A stretch of 64,000 nt of DNA from an uncultured Desulfosarcina sp. (GCA_963674945.2 CAXXWQ010000003.1:1824001-1888000); one strand, 5' to 3'; positions 1-11,189 are shown, counted from the first letter of the stretch. Notes: generated by a model from the sequence alone, not told the origin. Made by a program: numbers and translations.

Positions 1-1591
1 CACTCGTTTTGGGTTGGTCTTTCCTTTTTACCACCTCGGTGGAAGGTTCTGCTTTTTTCTTTTCCGGTTGGGGAGCCACGATCGCCGGCTTCTGTTCTGG
101 CGGTTCGACACGAGCCATCATCTGATCATCATTCGTGTCCAAAACGGTTTTTACCCGAAAGGCGATCTTCACACGAATACTCTCTCCCTCGTTGATGAAA
201 GCCAGGGGGCGAACTGCGATGATCTTTGCTTCGCTGATGGCATGGCGCTTTGACTCATCGATGAGGCTACCGTTCAGAACATCGGTGGTCGAAGAGTAAT
301 GCTGCATCCGGGCGTCGTTCAAGACGTCCTTCAACTCTTCCAGCACCGCCTCCGCAGAAGCCTCGGCCGGTGTTTCGGACCGTTTCACCGTTACCAGACT
401 CGTCTTGATAATGATCGACTCATGGACCCGCTTCTTATCCAGCAGGATTGTCTGGGCATTCTGGAAAGCAGATGCCGCAGACTCTTTCCGGAGTCGAATC
501 ACCTCGAGTTCGGAAGCCATCTTCTCCAGCTGTTCTGACTTGGCATTTAGCAAAGGGAGGAGCGATGCCTTGTCGTTTCGGGCACTTTCGATCTTCTTCT
601 CCAAATAGGTGATGCGCTCTTGAAAGGAGATCAATTGTTCCCTCTGGTTGGCTTCCGCCTGCCGGTTGGCCAGCGCGATATCGCGAATCATTCCAGACAC
701 ACGACTCAGGTCATATTGATCCGGCGAATAGCCGTTCTGTTTGAGCATGGCGGTAAGATCCTCTTGGGACTCGATGATCTTTGCACCGATATTTCCATCG
801 TCCCCATTGGCCTTCATCTGCTTGGCGTCCGGGGCCTGGAATGGATAGAGTTCATAGCGCTTGACCCGAAGATACGTCGTACCCTGAGACCCCTTGGTCA
901 GGGCGATGCGAACCGGTTCCTCGCGGTTCCATTTCGCGGTTCCCTCTTCGACGGCACGGATGAAATCTCCGGTTAGCACGTTGTTGACGACTTTGCTGAA
1001 AGATTGAATATATGTGCCCATGTGCTCGGCCATGAGGGGTGCAGAAGCCTGGTCGGCGAGGCGCTCCAATTTATGTGCCGAATCCATGAACCCCCGGGTA
1101 TAGATCACCGCAACGAGGGTTTCCCCCTGCTTGGTGGTCTTCAGCCATTTTTTCAGCGCCTCCCGCTGACTTCGAATATCCTCTTGGTACCGGGCAATAG
1201 AGTTGTCCATGTTATCGATACCGGCCTTCATGGTATCGTGATTTTTTTTGGTCTCTTCAAAATCGTAGGAAGCCGTCTGAAATTGTGCCGAAAGATCATC
1301 CAACCGCTTTTTGGTCCGTTTAAAATCGGCGCTGGCAGCATCGATTTGGGCCATATACGCCGAACGTTCCTTATCCCGCTCTCTCTCCACCATATCCGTG
1401 TTGCGACGGGCCTCTTCCGGGGTGGTAAAACCGCGACGGCGCTCTATATCGGACTGGATGATGTGTCGGAGCCGTTCTTTGGAGTCTGCGTCAAGCTGAA
1501 GCCATTTGCTCGATTCGGCATAGGCCGTCAGGGGGCCGGTCAAGAGTAGGAGAAGGGAGATGGCAATCCAGGATGGTACAGCAATTTTCAT
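1..1591 (-). CDS. Secreted coiled-coil protein of unknown function (3' end runs off the window)
   Basis: Absent from the ORF track because it has no stop in the window. Manual translation from ATG 1591 (GGAG upstream) gives MKIAVPSWIAISLLLLLTGPLTAYA-ESSK..., a signal peptide followed by long charged helical segments, open to position 1. Confidence 0.8.
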   Translation of the reverse strand, partial: MKIAVPSWIAISLLLLLTGPLTAYAESSKWLQLDADSKERLRHIIQSDIERRRGFTTPEEARRNTDMVERERDKERSAYMAQIDAASADFKRTKKRLDDLSAQFQTASYDFEETKKNHDTMKAGIDNMDNSIARYQEDIRSQREALKKWLKTTKQGETLVAVIYTRGFMDSAHKLERLADQASAPLMAEHMGTYIQSFSKVVNNVLTGDFIRAVEEGTAKWNREEPVRIALTKGSQGTTYLRVKRYELYPFQAPDAKQMKANGDDGNIGAKIIESQEDLTAMLKQNGYSPDQYDLSRVSGMIRDIALANRQAEANQREQLISFQERITYLEKKIESARNDKASLLPLLNAKSEQLEKMASELEVIRLRKESAASAFQNAQTILLDKKRVHESIIIKTSLVTVKRSETPAEASAEAVLEELKDVLNDARMQHYSSTTDVLNGSLIDESKRHAISEAKIIAVRPLAFINEGESIRVKIAFRVKTVLDTNDDQMMARVEPPEQKPAIVAPQPEKKKAEPSTEVVKRKDQPKTS

Positions 1592-1639
1592 AATTTCGCT
1601 CCATTTTCCACACAAGGATGATCGGTTGCAGTCAATTTT

Positions 1640-3934
1640 TTATTTGCCATCATGGCCCGCATCCACCATCTGCACCTGAAGGGGGCTGATCGAATCCAAA
1701 TGGACGTCTTGTTGGGGAAAGGCAATAACGATCTCATTTTCGTTCAGCAATTCGTTGATATGGTAGCGAAGCTCGCTGGAAATTCGTTTCTTCTCCACGA
1801 CACCTCGAACATAAGCCCAGAAATAGATAACGAAAACCAAGGCGCTGTCGCCAAAATCATCAAATATGACAAATGGTTTGGGTTCTTTGAGAACCTTTTC
1901 GGTCTGATCCGCCGCCTGCAACAGCAACTCGGTCACCTTCTTGACGGGTGACCCGTAAGCCACGCCCACAGCCACCTGAACACGAAGCTTTTGATCGGAA
2001 AAGGTCCAGTTTGTGATGTTGTTCTCCAAAAAACTGCTGTTGGGCACCAGAATGTGAACATTGTCTCCGGTCTTGACCCGCGTACAGCGGGCACCGATCT
2101 CCTCTACGCGTGCCGCTCTTCCTTCCAGTTCGATGAGGTCGCCGATGCGGATGGGGCGTTCGACCATGATGATGAATCCGCTGATGAAATTGTTGATCAG
2201 GTTCTGGGCACCGAAGCCGATTCCGATAGCGATCGCGCCACCGAAAAATGTGAATGCCGTTAGGGGAATGTTGACCATTCGCAAAGCGAAAAGAACGATC
2301 AAGACCAGCCCGATATAAAAAAGCAGCTTCTCCACAACGGAAACGACACCCGCTTCCATCTTGGTTCGTCTCATTCTCGATGATAACAGTCGGATCAGCT
2401 GTTTGAGGAGGAAAAGGCCGAGTACCAAAAGGACGAAGGCCGTGACGACTTTGCGCACCGTAACCCCATTGTCGTCGATGGCCCACAGTTCGAAATTCCA
2501 CACCTCTTCAAATTTAGATCCGACGGCCTTTGCCTTTTCCCACAATGGCAGCTGCTTTTTCCTTGCACCGATCTCATCGATCAAGCGTCCGGCAAGCTGA
2601 CCCGTCGTAAGGAGAGTGGAAAAGTACTCACCACCGAATTCCGCCATTTTGTTCAAGGCGTTCAATCTGTATGTAACATATTTTTCTTGCACCGCATCCA
2701 ATCTCTCCGCTTTCTTTGCAAGGGCGGAGATACGGGACTGCAGATTCACCTGCCAGTTCTGATACAAGGAGATGGACTGCTGCGTCTGTTCTCGAATCGC
2801 TTTCGCCTCTTTCTCCCATTGTTCCATCTCTTTGGAAGATGCCTCCCCTTTCACCAAGGCGTAGCGGGACCTCCAGAGCGAGGCCTGGTTATTGATCAGG
2901 TGTGCCATCTCTTCTGTCTGGGGCAGTACCTTTTCGTAGGCATCCCGCCATGCCTCCATTGCTGCCATGGCGCTCTCGGTGGCGTTACTGCCTGCCTTCG
3001 TGCGATCCTTTTGCCATTGCGCATCGATTCTTTTCTGTTGATCGAGGATGAGTTGGAGTCGTTCGCTCAACTGATCCCGTTGCGCCTCGAGACGGATGAT
3101 TTCCGTGTTCAACGCCTCGGGATCGAAGGAGAGGTCCTTTCTGATAATCGTCAGCTTCTGCTGTGCGGCTTTCAGCTTGCCTTCGATGAGACGGGACTCC
3201 TGCTCGAACCCTTCCATCCGCGCCTGTTGGAGCAAAACGGATGCAACAGCGGCTTCCCGCTCCAGTTGGGCCTTGACGTATTGCAGGCTTTCTTCATCCA
3301 AACCGCCCGTTGTTGTCGTCAGTTCTTCCTTGACCCGTCGGAAGGTTTGTTCGCTGCGCTCCTGCGCTGCTTTATACTCGTCGAGTTTGCTTTCACTGGT
3401 AGCCATGGAGGTGGAAAGGACCTCTTTTTCCTGTTGAAAGGCCACGACCTGGTCCAGGAGTTTGTCGTAATAAGACAGAGAGTAGGGCTTTTGCTCTGCC
3501 AGGGCATAGGCCTCGCCGCTTTCCATGGCAGTCTTCAGTCCGGCGACTTCACCGGCAACAGAGATGTTCTTTTTAACTGCGTTGAGCAGGCGTTGATAGA
3601 CGAGTTTGATCTCCTGGAGCCGGGTCACATTCCGATTTCGTTCTGCCTGTTCCGCCAACGGCCCCTGTTCGGCGAGCATTCTTTCCCTGTCGATTCGCCG
3701 GTTGATGCTTGCCATCTTCTCCTGGGTCGCCATGATATGCTGGACGAAATCGGAGCCCTCCGATTTGACATCGGTGGCACACAAGGCCATGTCCACCGAT
3801 GCCAGATGGCCGGCACAAACCAATAGCATCAGGAGCAGCCACCCCTGCAAACACCACAATATGGACGTCTTCTTGCTACCGAATGCCGCATCTTTCTTAC
3901 CTATCTGTTTGACATCCACTCCGGCTCGTTTCAT
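1640..3934 (-). CDS. Large MscS-family mechanosensitive channel with periplasmic coiled-coil N-terminus
   Basis: C-terminal MscS motifs GAIAIGIGFGAQNLINNFISG, ERPIRIGD, VPNS, VGVAYGS, FGDSAL, IAFPQQDVH. Confidence 0.9.
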   Translation of the reverse strand: MKRAGVDVKQIGKKDAAFGSKKTSILWCLQGWLLLMLLVCAGHLASVDMALCATDVKSEGSDFVQHIMATQEKMASINRRIDRERMLAEQGPLAEQAERNRNVTRLQEIKLVYQRLLNAVKKNISVAGEVAGLKTAMESGEAYALAEQKPYSLSYYDKLLDQVVAFQQEKEVLSTSMATSESKLDEYKAAQERSEQTFRRVKEELTTTTGGLDEESLQYVKAQLEREAAVASVLLQQARMEGFEQESRLIEGKLKAAQQKLTIIRKDLSFDPEALNTEIIRLEAQRDQLSERLQLILDQQKRIDAQWQKDRTKAGSNATESAMAAMEAWRDAYEKVLPQTEEMAHLINNQASLWRSRYALVKGEASSKEMEQWEKEAKAIREQTQQSISLYQNWQVNLQSRISALAKKAERLDAVQEKYVTYRLNALNKMAEFGGEYFSTLLTTGQLAGRLIDEIGARKKQLPLWEKAKAVGSKFEEVWNFELWAIDDNGVTVRKVVTAFVLLVLGLFLLKQLIRLLSSRMRRTKMEAGVVSVVEKLLFYIGLVLIVLFALRMVNIPLTAFTFFGGAIAIGIGFGAQNLINNFISGFIIMVERPIRIGDLIELEGRAARVEEIGARCTRVKTGDNVHILVPNSSFLENNITNWTFSDQKLRVQVAVGVAYGSPVKKVTELLLQAADQTEKVLKEPKPFVIFDDFGDSALVFVIYFWAYVRGVVEKKRISSELRYHINELLNENEIVIAFPQQDVHLDSISPLQVQMVDAGHDGK

Positions 3935-3977
3935 TTTTCTCTCTCTCCAATGCCCAGGGTTGACGAGGCGTTTGCCC

Positions 3978-5537
3978 TTACCACAGTTTCACCTTTTTCG
4001 CATCTCCGTAATAAAACGATAAAATCTTGTCATAGGTTTCTTTTTTGCCCAAATATGCCGATCCCCACTGGGAGTAGCCGACGCCATGGCCCCACCCATG
4101 ACCTTTAAAGATAAAATTGTCACCGTCTCGACGAATCTCGTGAAGGATCTCTGGAAGATCCAATGCCCTTCGCAACGTCGTACGGTTTCGCAGCACCTTG
4201 CTCTTGCCACCGGCCATGACCAACCGAATCTTGACGATACGACCGGAAGGGCCGGTCTCGGCCGATTCGATGGCGGAAAGACCCTTTGCGTCAATATTGA
4301 TCCGGGAAAGGGCCGATACCACTTCTGTGACGGTAAAGGTTCGCGTCCAGTTGGCCATTCCACCGTGCAGGCTGGCCGGATCATTCTGGGCTACCAAATA
4401 GGGCTTGCGCAGGTCAAAAATCGCCTCGGAATCGGCGGTGTGGCCACCGCTATTGGCACTGAACATGGCCAGTATCGGCTTTCCCTCGTAGGTCAGCACC
4501 TCACCGGTCGTCTCCTTGACGGCCTTCGTGCTGCGAGGATGCTCCTTTTCCATGCCACCATAGGCCTGGTCACCGGCATAATCCACCAGATCGTAGGCCC
4601 AGTTCTTTCGATGCTCACGCTGATAATAGGCATAGGTTCTGGCTGCCACGGCTTGGGCTTTCAATGTCTCCAATGGCCAGCTTGCGGGATTTTCCGATGG
4701 CACGACGCTCATCAGATATGCCTCGATGTCCACCAGGTTGATGACCATCAACTTGCCTTTGGCGATCTTCGCATTGAGTTTTCCCCTCACCCGTTTCTTG
4801 GACTCGCCACATAAGACGGTCATGGGAGAGGAACTCGTAAATACCATCGATTTTTCTTCGGCCACCTTACCGCCGACCCGAATCTTACCGTCGGCAAAAA
4901 ACAATTCGAAACGATCCATGCAACCGAATCCATCGGTACAAACGCGACTTCCCGCGATTGTGGCAGACTTCGTGGTTTGGCACATGCGGACGCGCAACTC
5001 CGGATGCGCAGGCACCACATCGGGTGGGGGGGGAACCGGCGGCTCCGGCGGTGGTGTGACTGCCCTGGCAAGCTCTCGCAGCAACGCCTCGGCTTGGTAA
5101 TAAAAACGCCCTTTGGGGTATTGTTGAAGGTATCCTTCCAATGTCTTTTTGGCCGCGTCGGAGCGTTTGAGTTCGAAAAGCAGGATCCCTTCACGATAAT
5201 GAGCAATTTCCGCGGCTTCCGGAAATTCTGTACGTACCTTTCGGTACACGTTCAGGGCATCTTCCGGTGCATCCAAAAATGAGGAGAGGAGTGCGGCCTT
5301 GGCCAGCATGGCATCCACTTTGGTCTTGGAAATGCCCGTCGTCTCTTGGGCTGCATTGTAACTTTCCAGTGCTTCGAGATATTTTCCCACATCGATCAGA
5401 TAGCTTGCGTAATTGATGTAGTATCTGGCCAAATGCTCCTTTTCCAAGGTCTCCTTGCTGATATCTGCCTGCACCAAACCCGCGAAACCGAGACAAAGGA
5501 TGAATATACCGCCCATGCGCAAATAGAATCGATTCAT
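3978..5537 (-). CDS. TPR/BamD-like repeats plus SpoIID/LytB lytic transglycosylase domain protein
   Basis: SpoIID motifs YLMSVVPSE..SWPLETLKAQAVAARTYA, DQAYGG, GWGHGVGYSQWG; signal peptide from ATG 5537; TPR-like helices and a Pro-rich linker. Confidence 0.88.
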   Translation of the reverse strand: MNRFYLRMGGIFILCLGFAGLVQADISKETLEKEHLARYYINYASYLIDVGKYLEALESYNAAQETTGISKTKVDAMLAKAALLSSFLDAPEDALNVYRKVRTEFPEAAEIAHYREGILLFELKRSDAAKKTLEGYLQQYPKGRFYYQAEALLRELARAVTPPPEPPVPPPPDVVPAHPELRVRMCQTTKSATIAGSRVCTDGFGCMDRFELFFADGKIRVGGKVAEEKSMVFTSSSPMTVLCGESKKRVRGKLNAKIAKGKLMVINLVDIEAYLMSVVPSENPASWPLETLKAQAVAARTYAYYQREHRKNWAYDLVDYAGDQAYGGMEKEHPRSTKAVKETTGEVLTYEGKPILAMFSANSGGHTADSEAIFDLRKPYLVAQNDPASLHGGMANWTRTFTVTEVVSALSRINIDAKGLSAIESAETGPSGRIVKIRLVMAGGKSKVLRNRTTLRRALDLPEILHEIRRDGDNFIFKGHGWGHGVGYSQWGSAYLGKKETYDKILSFYYGDAKKVKLW

Positions 5538-5629
5538 TTGATTTTCCCTGCGAAATCCATATATTTCAGGATAGAACCGGTGCTGAGCAAATCCCATTGG
5601 AACACTTTGTCAACCCGGCTTTCGATACG

Positions 5630-7957
5630 TCACTCCCCCATTGCTTCCACATATTGTTTCATGAAAACCAGATTTTGATCCTCGGGATTCATTTTCATGG
5701 CCTTTCCCAGAAGTGCCAGCGCTTTCTCTTTTTGTCCGTTTGCGGCAAGGTACTTGATATAAATCTGATACAGTCGCACTTCATAGGGAAAGTCGGTGAT
5801 CCCGCGCTCCAGCGTCTCGACCATGTTCTCTTCCTCCCCCAGGCTGCTTTGGGTATAGGCCAGGTAAAGATAGACATCCTTGTCTGCTTTTACGGCAAGG
5901 GCCTGGGTCAGGGATTGATGGGCATCACCGTACCTCCTTTGGTTGAAAGCCTCGACGCCTTTGGTTTTCAACTGTTCGAATCGCTCGTCCAACGCTTCGG
6001 CAGTGATATCCGTATCGTCCACAAGAACGACCAGCCGCCCATGGGGAAAAGGAGAATCCAACAGGCTTTTTACCAGCACATCGCCTTCGATTTGAAGGTT
6101 CCTGATATTCGTGGTACCAAAATAGTTGCCCTCGAGCACCACCTTGGTTTCGGAACGAAAATTTGTTCGATGATTGTCGAACAGATTGCAGTCTTGTAAC
6201 GAAAGATCACCCTCTACCAAGTCCAGTCCAACCTCGTTCCCCGTTACCGTACTCGCTTCGATGCTTCCTTTTCCACCTGCCATCGCGATACCCCGGGAAA
6301 AGCCGCTGACGCGTCCCTTTTCTATAGCCAGGACACCATCTTTGTCGACAACGACGCCGTCGCCGGTCTCACCTTCGATGGAAACGGCTGCCATCCGAAC
6401 ACTACCGCCGCGCACTGTGGCGCATGGATTACATCCTCGAATGATGGCATCGGTCAGATTGGCCTGGCCGTTTTCCCCAACGACGATTCCCTTCCATCCT
6501 TCTCCTTCAAAGATAACGGGTCGCTCTTCGGAACCATTGACATTCAATATGCCGCTGACGGAAATGGCTGCATCCGGTCCCAACTTCACCTTTGACCCCG
6601 CCCCGATGTCCAACACATTTCCATGGGAAATCATTGCCGTCTCATTTATCCGGTAAACCCCGGATACCAGATTACCTGTCAGATCGCCGCTAAGGACCAC
6701 CTCGTGGAAATAAGGCATGGTCACCCGGATGGTTTGCAGGGATGGGGAAGTATTACCTGCCAGATCAACGGATCGAATCCGGTAATAATAGACATTGCCC
6801 TGACTTACATCCGCATCCAGATAGGTCAGGTCCTTGGACATCGCCGCGGTCTGGAAATCACCGACGGCCGATTTGCTTTTTTCTACGGCAAAGGTGGACA
6901 GCTCTTCGCCTTTTGGCAAATCCCAGGAAAGGCGAATCCCTTCTCGGCTGGCCTGGGCCTTGGTTCGTTCCACGGCAGGCGGCAAGACGCCGTCCATGGA
7001 AACCGTACCACCTGCTTCGAGCCATATACGCTCCACGCCGTTGGAACGCGAGAGACGAATCTGCAAGGGTTGGTTGGATACCTCATCACCCGCCTGGACC
7101 ACGTAAAATCCCTTATACGTACCCTGGCCATCGTGGGCCAGAGGCAGATTCTTTTTGAAATCTCCGAGATCAAAGCTGCAGGTTAAATCCTTTTCGGCGA
7201 CCACTTCGACGGATACCCGATCGCCCAGTGCAAAAATCTTCTTGTCGATATTCGAGTCCACGTAAACGACATCGGGCAAACGCTTTCCAAGGGGATTGTC
7301 AGGCATGAACTGACATACCTTCCATCCCCAGTCGTAAATCACCAGCCGCATCTGTTTCCTGGCCGACTCGTCGAGCAGGGCTCCGGCGATGGTCGACGCA
7401 ATCCCAACGGGACTCGTGGGGATGGCGATTTTCCGTTTGGAAGACCCATCGCTCCATCGTCCCAGTTCCTCATTCGTCTTGCTGACCAGTTTGATTGTTG
7501 CCTCGATCTTGAAAAGATCGTATGCAACGGCCGTCACCATGGTTGCAGTACCGATTTCGACATAGACGAGCCCATCCACAGAAAGGGTTTCGCATAGCTT
7601 TTCGGCCGATTGCTCCTGCCAATCTTCATCCGGCAGTGTCTGGTCCACCGCCCCCATGATCCGCATGTCGTATCCCTTGCCGGCGAGCTGGTTGTGGATC
7701 ACACTGCGCGCCAATTCGGCGATGAACTTCCCCTTTTCACTGGTCCCATCCAGGGGAAACTCCCCCGGTGTTTCGGCGGGCAAGGAAAGATACGTCGCCG
7801 GCAAGACAGCGAGTTTCGCCGGAATCATCGTCTCCTCGACGTAGGAGACCTCCGGAGGCTTTTCAAATTTCGCGCAGGATGTCGCGACGACGGTAAAAGC
7901 GAAGAATCCCAACAAAATCCTTCCAATTGCGAATATGCGATTGCGATCCCATGCCAT
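5630..7957 (-). CDS. Multidomain lipoprotein (DUF799/GNA1162-like N-terminus, fibronectin III, right-handed beta-helix, C-terminal TPR)
   Basis: Lipobox VATSC; Fn3 signature LSWD...YLDADVSQGNVYYYRIRSVD..GN.S; Gly/Val-rich beta-helix repeats; terminal TPR; TGATG overlap with the upstream gene. Confidence 0.75.
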   Translation of the reverse strand: MAWDRNRIFAIGRILLGFFAFTVVATSCAKFEKPPEVSYVEETMIPAKLAVLPATYLSLPAETPGEFPLDGTSEKGKFIAELARSVIHNQLAGKGYDMRIMGAVDQTLPDEDWQEQSAEKLCETLSVDGLVYVEIGTATMVTAVAYDLFKIEATIKLVSKTNEELGRWSDGSSKRKIAIPTSPVGIASTIAGALLDESARKQMRLVIYDWGWKVCQFMPDNPLGKRLPDVVYVDSNIDKKIFALGDRVSVEVVAEKDLTCSFDLGDFKKNLPLAHDGQGTYKGFYVVQAGDEVSNQPLQIRLSRSNGVERIWLEAGGTVSMDGVLPPAVERTKAQASREGIRLSWDLPKGEELSTFAVEKSKSAVGDFQTAAMSKDLTYLDADVSQGNVYYYRIRSVDLAGNTSPSLQTIRVTMPYFHEVVLSGDLTGNLVSGVYRINETAMISHGNVLDIGAGSKVKLGPDAAISVSGILNVNGSEERPVIFEGEGWKGIVVGENGQANLTDAIIRGCNPCATVRGGSVRMAAVSIEGETGDGVVVDKDGVLAIEKGRVSGFSRGIAMAGGKGSIEASTVTGNEVGLDLVEGDLSLQDCNLFDNHRTNFRSETKVVLEGNYFGTTNIRNLQIEGDVLVKSLLDSPFPHGRLVVLVDDTDITAEALDERFEQLKTKGVEAFNQRRYGDAHQSLTQALAVKADKDVYLYLAYTQSSLGEEENMVETLERGITDFPYEVRLYQIYIKYLAANGQKEKALALLGKAMKMNPEDQNLVFMKQYVEAMGE

Positions 7958-10158
7958 CAGGTCTCCCCTCCCTTTCGCAGAATGCGGTTTACATCCAAAC
8001 GACTCGTCGTTCCCATCACCGTCTTGACTTCACCGGAAAGCGTCAGATGTTTATCCGCAAGGATAAATCGCCCGCTCCCCCTGGCAGTGAACAGTGGCCC
8101 CACCAACGTAAAGCGGTCCACTTCAAGGCGTCCCGCCTGAAACCTGGAATCTACAACCCCGCGACGAAGGGTGAGGGAATCGTCCGATTCCGAGGTGATG
8201 CCACCGGCCTCGAGGATATCCAGGATGAATCCCAGTCGAGGGTCCAGGCCGGAGACCCGGCTTACCTTGGCCCGGGTTACCGTCAACATCAACTCCCCTT
8301 CGGCTCCGTCGATAACTTCTTTCGGTGTATCTCCCTGTGCCGAGAAACTGCCGGAGACGAAAAGTCTTCCCGCCAGGTAAACCGGAAGCGTCTTGGAAAA
8401 ACAGGCAACCAGGGAGTTCAGATCCACGTCGGTTCCATGGGTCTCCACACCGGCGATCAACCGGCCCGGTGGCATGAGATAGGCATCCAGCTTCAGGTTC
8501 ATTCCACACATGCGAACCGATGAATTGAGCAAAGCCTGCTTTTCTTTCACCACCAATAGAAGATTCACGTCATTGAATCGTGTTAGACCATCGAGTTGGA
8601 ATGTCTTGACACGGGCCTTTGCAGAAAAATCCTTGCCGGGAATCAAATCGGCGTCGAATGGTCGATCGAAAAAATTTTGATTGTTATTTAGATGTTCCGG
8701 TGCCTTTGATACCATGCGCAGGACTTTCAGGTGGGAAAGCCAAACCTCAACATCGGTCTTTTCAGATCCGGGAACAACCACCAGGCCGTCGGCGGATATG
8801 TCGAGGGAGGGACTGCGGTACGTCAGGTCCACGGGCACTTTTGAGGTGCCGTTTTTTTCCATATGCAGATCAAGCGTGGAATCGAAAATTCTCAATTCGT
8901 CGATGGCGCAACGGACGATGGCATCTTTCATCTCCAATGGCAATTGAAACGCACCGGAAATCTCTCCCGCCCCTCCTTTGGAGGAATCGAAGGAGAGCTG
9001 TTGCACCTGGATGGATGGGACGCCGTTGACGATTGTTACCGTCGATTCGAGTCGAGTGATCGTGAGCCGCTGCTCTTGATCGGTTTGGGAAACGAGATCC
9101 AACACAAGGTCCTCGGCGGAAATCTGCATTTTCCCGTCTGCAATGCCGCCCATGCCCCCCGATTCGGACAAGGGATCTTCTCCCTTCAACGAAAGGGACG
9201 AGATACGAATTGTACCGGAAGGAACCACACGCTTGAATTTTCCCCTGGCGAGCAGGTCGTCCATCGCCCTCTTTGCATCGACGTTCTGGGCGATCCAATC
9301 CAGAGCCGATTTCACATCCACGACACCTTCGGTACAATGTGCATCCACCAAACGGCCTTGGAATAACTTGGCATCCAGGCCGCGGAGGCGAACCTGATCG
9401 AGATTCAGCGTTTCGGCCGAAAAACCGATCTCTTTTGCCTGTTTGTCGATGGTAATCTGAAAGGTCTCGGCATCCATGACCTGAATGTCGGGAAGGCGGG
9501 CGGCCGCATCCTCCGTCAGATATTGGAAATCAAGAAGAAATTGTTTTACTGCGGCAGGCTTGAACGTCCCTTTGGCGGCATCGACCGAAAATCGCAGGGG
9601 ATCAAGGGCAAGGATATCGATCGTGCCGACGAATTGAAGCCCGATCTCCTCGATATTCGCCTGCGTCAACTGGACTAAGATTCGTTTCTCCGTTTTTTCG
9701 GCCTGTGCCGTCAGGGTAACAGGCAGACGAGTCCCCTGTTCGCCTTCAAGAACGAATTGCCCGCGGTTGACGACCACCTTGGTCTGGGGAATGGTATCGA
9801 AGGAAATGGTTTGTTTTTCATCGTTTCCCTCTTTCCCAAACCCCCTGGCGTGCACGACAGGATCATCGAGAATGGTTTTTTTTACATTGATTTCTCCACG
9901 CAGAATATGACGGAAGTCAGGAAAAAGTTCTATCTTCGGTACGTTGAGAAGGTGCGGCCCTCTTTTCACTTGAAGATCGGTAAGTACGATGGCGGGCAGG
10001 GGAAAGTAGCGGACATCGAAACCGGCGAATTGAATGTCCATGCCGGTGAGTCTGCTGGCGATGACATCGCTCTGGCTTTTCAGCCAGAAGGATGTACCGA
10101 CCAGCAGGATGACGATGATCAAAAAAGATGCACCGACGATCAATCCCAGCTTTTTCAT
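7957..10158 (-). CDS. AsmA-like protein (N-terminal membrane anchor, AsmA-like C-terminal region)
   Basis: ATG 10158 after GGGAGG; single N-terminal TM helix; beta-rich body; C-terminal ..GRLEVDRFTLVGP..ARGSGRF..L.LSG pattern typical of the AsmA C-terminal region. Confidence 0.7.
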   Translation of the reverse strand: MKKLGLIVGASFLIIVILLVGTSFWLKSQSDVIASRLTGMDIQFAGFDVRYFPLPAIVLTDLQVKRGPHLLNVPKIELFPDFRHILRGEINVKKTILDDPVVHARGFGKEGNDEKQTISFDTIPQTKVVVNRGQFVLEGEQGTRLPVTLTAQAEKTEKRILVQLTQANIEEIGLQFVGTIDILALDPLRFSVDAAKGTFKPAAVKQFLLDFQYLTEDAAARLPDIQVMDAETFQITIDKQAKEIGFSAETLNLDQVRLRGLDAKLFQGRLVDAHCTEGVVDVKSALDWIAQNVDAKRAMDDLLARGKFKRVVPSGTIRISSLSLKGEDPLSESGGMGGIADGKMQISAEDLVLDLVSQTDQEQRLTITRLESTVTIVNGVPSIQVQQLSFDSSKGGAGEISGAFQLPLEMKDAIVRCAIDELRIFDSTLDLHMEKNGTSKVPVDLTYRSPSLDISADGLVVVPGSEKTDVEVWLSHLKVLRMVSKAPEHLNNNQNFFDRPFDADLIPGKDFSAKARVKTFQLDGLTRFNDVNLLLVVKEKQALLNSSVRMCGMNLKLDAYLMPPGRLIAGVETHGTDVDLNSLVACFSKTLPVYLAGRLFVSGSFSAQGDTPKEVIDGAEGELMLTVTRAKVSRVSGLDPRLGFILDILEAGGITSESDDSLTLRRGVVDSRFQAGRLEVDRFTLVGPLFTARGSGRFILADKHLTLSGEVKTVMGTTSRLDVNRILRKGGET

Positions 10159-10270
10159 ATTGACCTCCCCTTCTCTGGCCGATCCGGGAAAGGCATAGGA
10201 GGTGAAATGGCCCGCACCCCATCGCTTCGAAGGGGGACGGGCCATTCGGGGGTGTTCCTTGGGGATCGAC

Positions 10271-11170
10271 CTATTTTAGAATGAAAACCACGCGCGCCTG
10301 GGACAGGATGTTGGTGTTTTTATCATGAACGTAAATCGCCGCCGCATCGTCTTCGGAGATTTTGGCATCGGTTAATTTTCGCACGTCCGTGCTTTTGACG
10401 AGCATGGGATTTTTACTTCCCCAGCTATCGAGAAGTGCCTTTGCCTTTCCGTCATCGGTTGTAAATCCGCCACATCCGCGCTCGACCAAAACATTGCTCA
10501 AGATCTTGGAAGGTTCGAAAACCACTTCCTCCTTGTCGGTAAGCACCCGATTGACCAGTGCGGGACGGAACTGAAAGTCACGTACATCGATGATCAGGCC
10601 GTCGTGGGGATTTGTCAATTGAGAAGGTGCTTTCACCTCGGCTCCTTTTCCGGTGTCTTCAGTCGTTGTCTGGGCACCGGTCACCTTGGTTACGGCAGCG
10701 GCGGAAGGTTGGAATTCCGGCTGTTTCTCGGGGATGATCTTATCATCCTGAATAATGGGCAACAGGATTTCATACAGCCCTCCCTGGCCCCGGATGTTCA
10801 TCCGCATGCACACCTCGGCATATCCCTTATTCTCATGGTATTTCTGACCACATTTGGTGGCACCGCGCAAGAAGCCCTCTACGCTGGTTTTGATTTCATC
10901 ACTCATGAGCATTCCGTCTTTGACCGACGTGTTCCCGTATAGACTCAACCCTTGCAGAATTTCCACCATGTCACGCTGGGCGACGACCTGGGCAGCCCGC
11001 AAGGCCTTATACCGTGATTGTCCCTCCTCCGAAAACCCAATGACCTGCAGATACCCCTCTCCGAAAACCTTGACCGGATCGGTCACGGCCTGCATGTTGT
11101 CCTGCGCCCAGGCGCTTGAAAACAAACACACGATAAGAAGAAAAGCGCTTACACCCAGTTTCCTATTCAT
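10271..11170 (-). CDS. Exported LPP20/FlgP-like domain protein
   Basis: Signal peptide (..SSAWA-Q); LPP20-like motif ALRAAQVVAQRDMVEILQGL.L...TSVKD.ML.SDEIKTSVEGFLRGA. Confidence 0.65.
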   Translation of the reverse strand: MNRKLGVSAFLLIVCLFSSAWAQDNMQAVTDPVKVFGEGYLQVIGFSEEGQSRYKALRAAQVVAQRDMVEILQGLSLYGNTSVKDGMLMSDEIKTSVEGFLRGATKCGQKYHENKGYAEVCMRMNIRGQGGLYEILLPIIQDDKIIPEKQPEFQPSAAAVTKVTGAQTTTEDTGKGAEVKAPSQLTNPHDGLIIDVRDFQFRPALVNRVLTDKEEVVFEPSKILSNVLVERGCGGFTTDDGKAKALLDSWGSKNPMLVKSTDVRKLTDAKISEDDAAAIYVHDKNTNILSQARVVFILK

Positions 11171-11189
11171 CGTAATCCCCCTCTTTCAA

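Noticed and set aside
2687..3826. 379-aa plus-strand ORF and many similar antisense ORFs across the window
   Set aside because: Shadows of real minus-strand genes caused by codon bias; no RBS or domain evidence.
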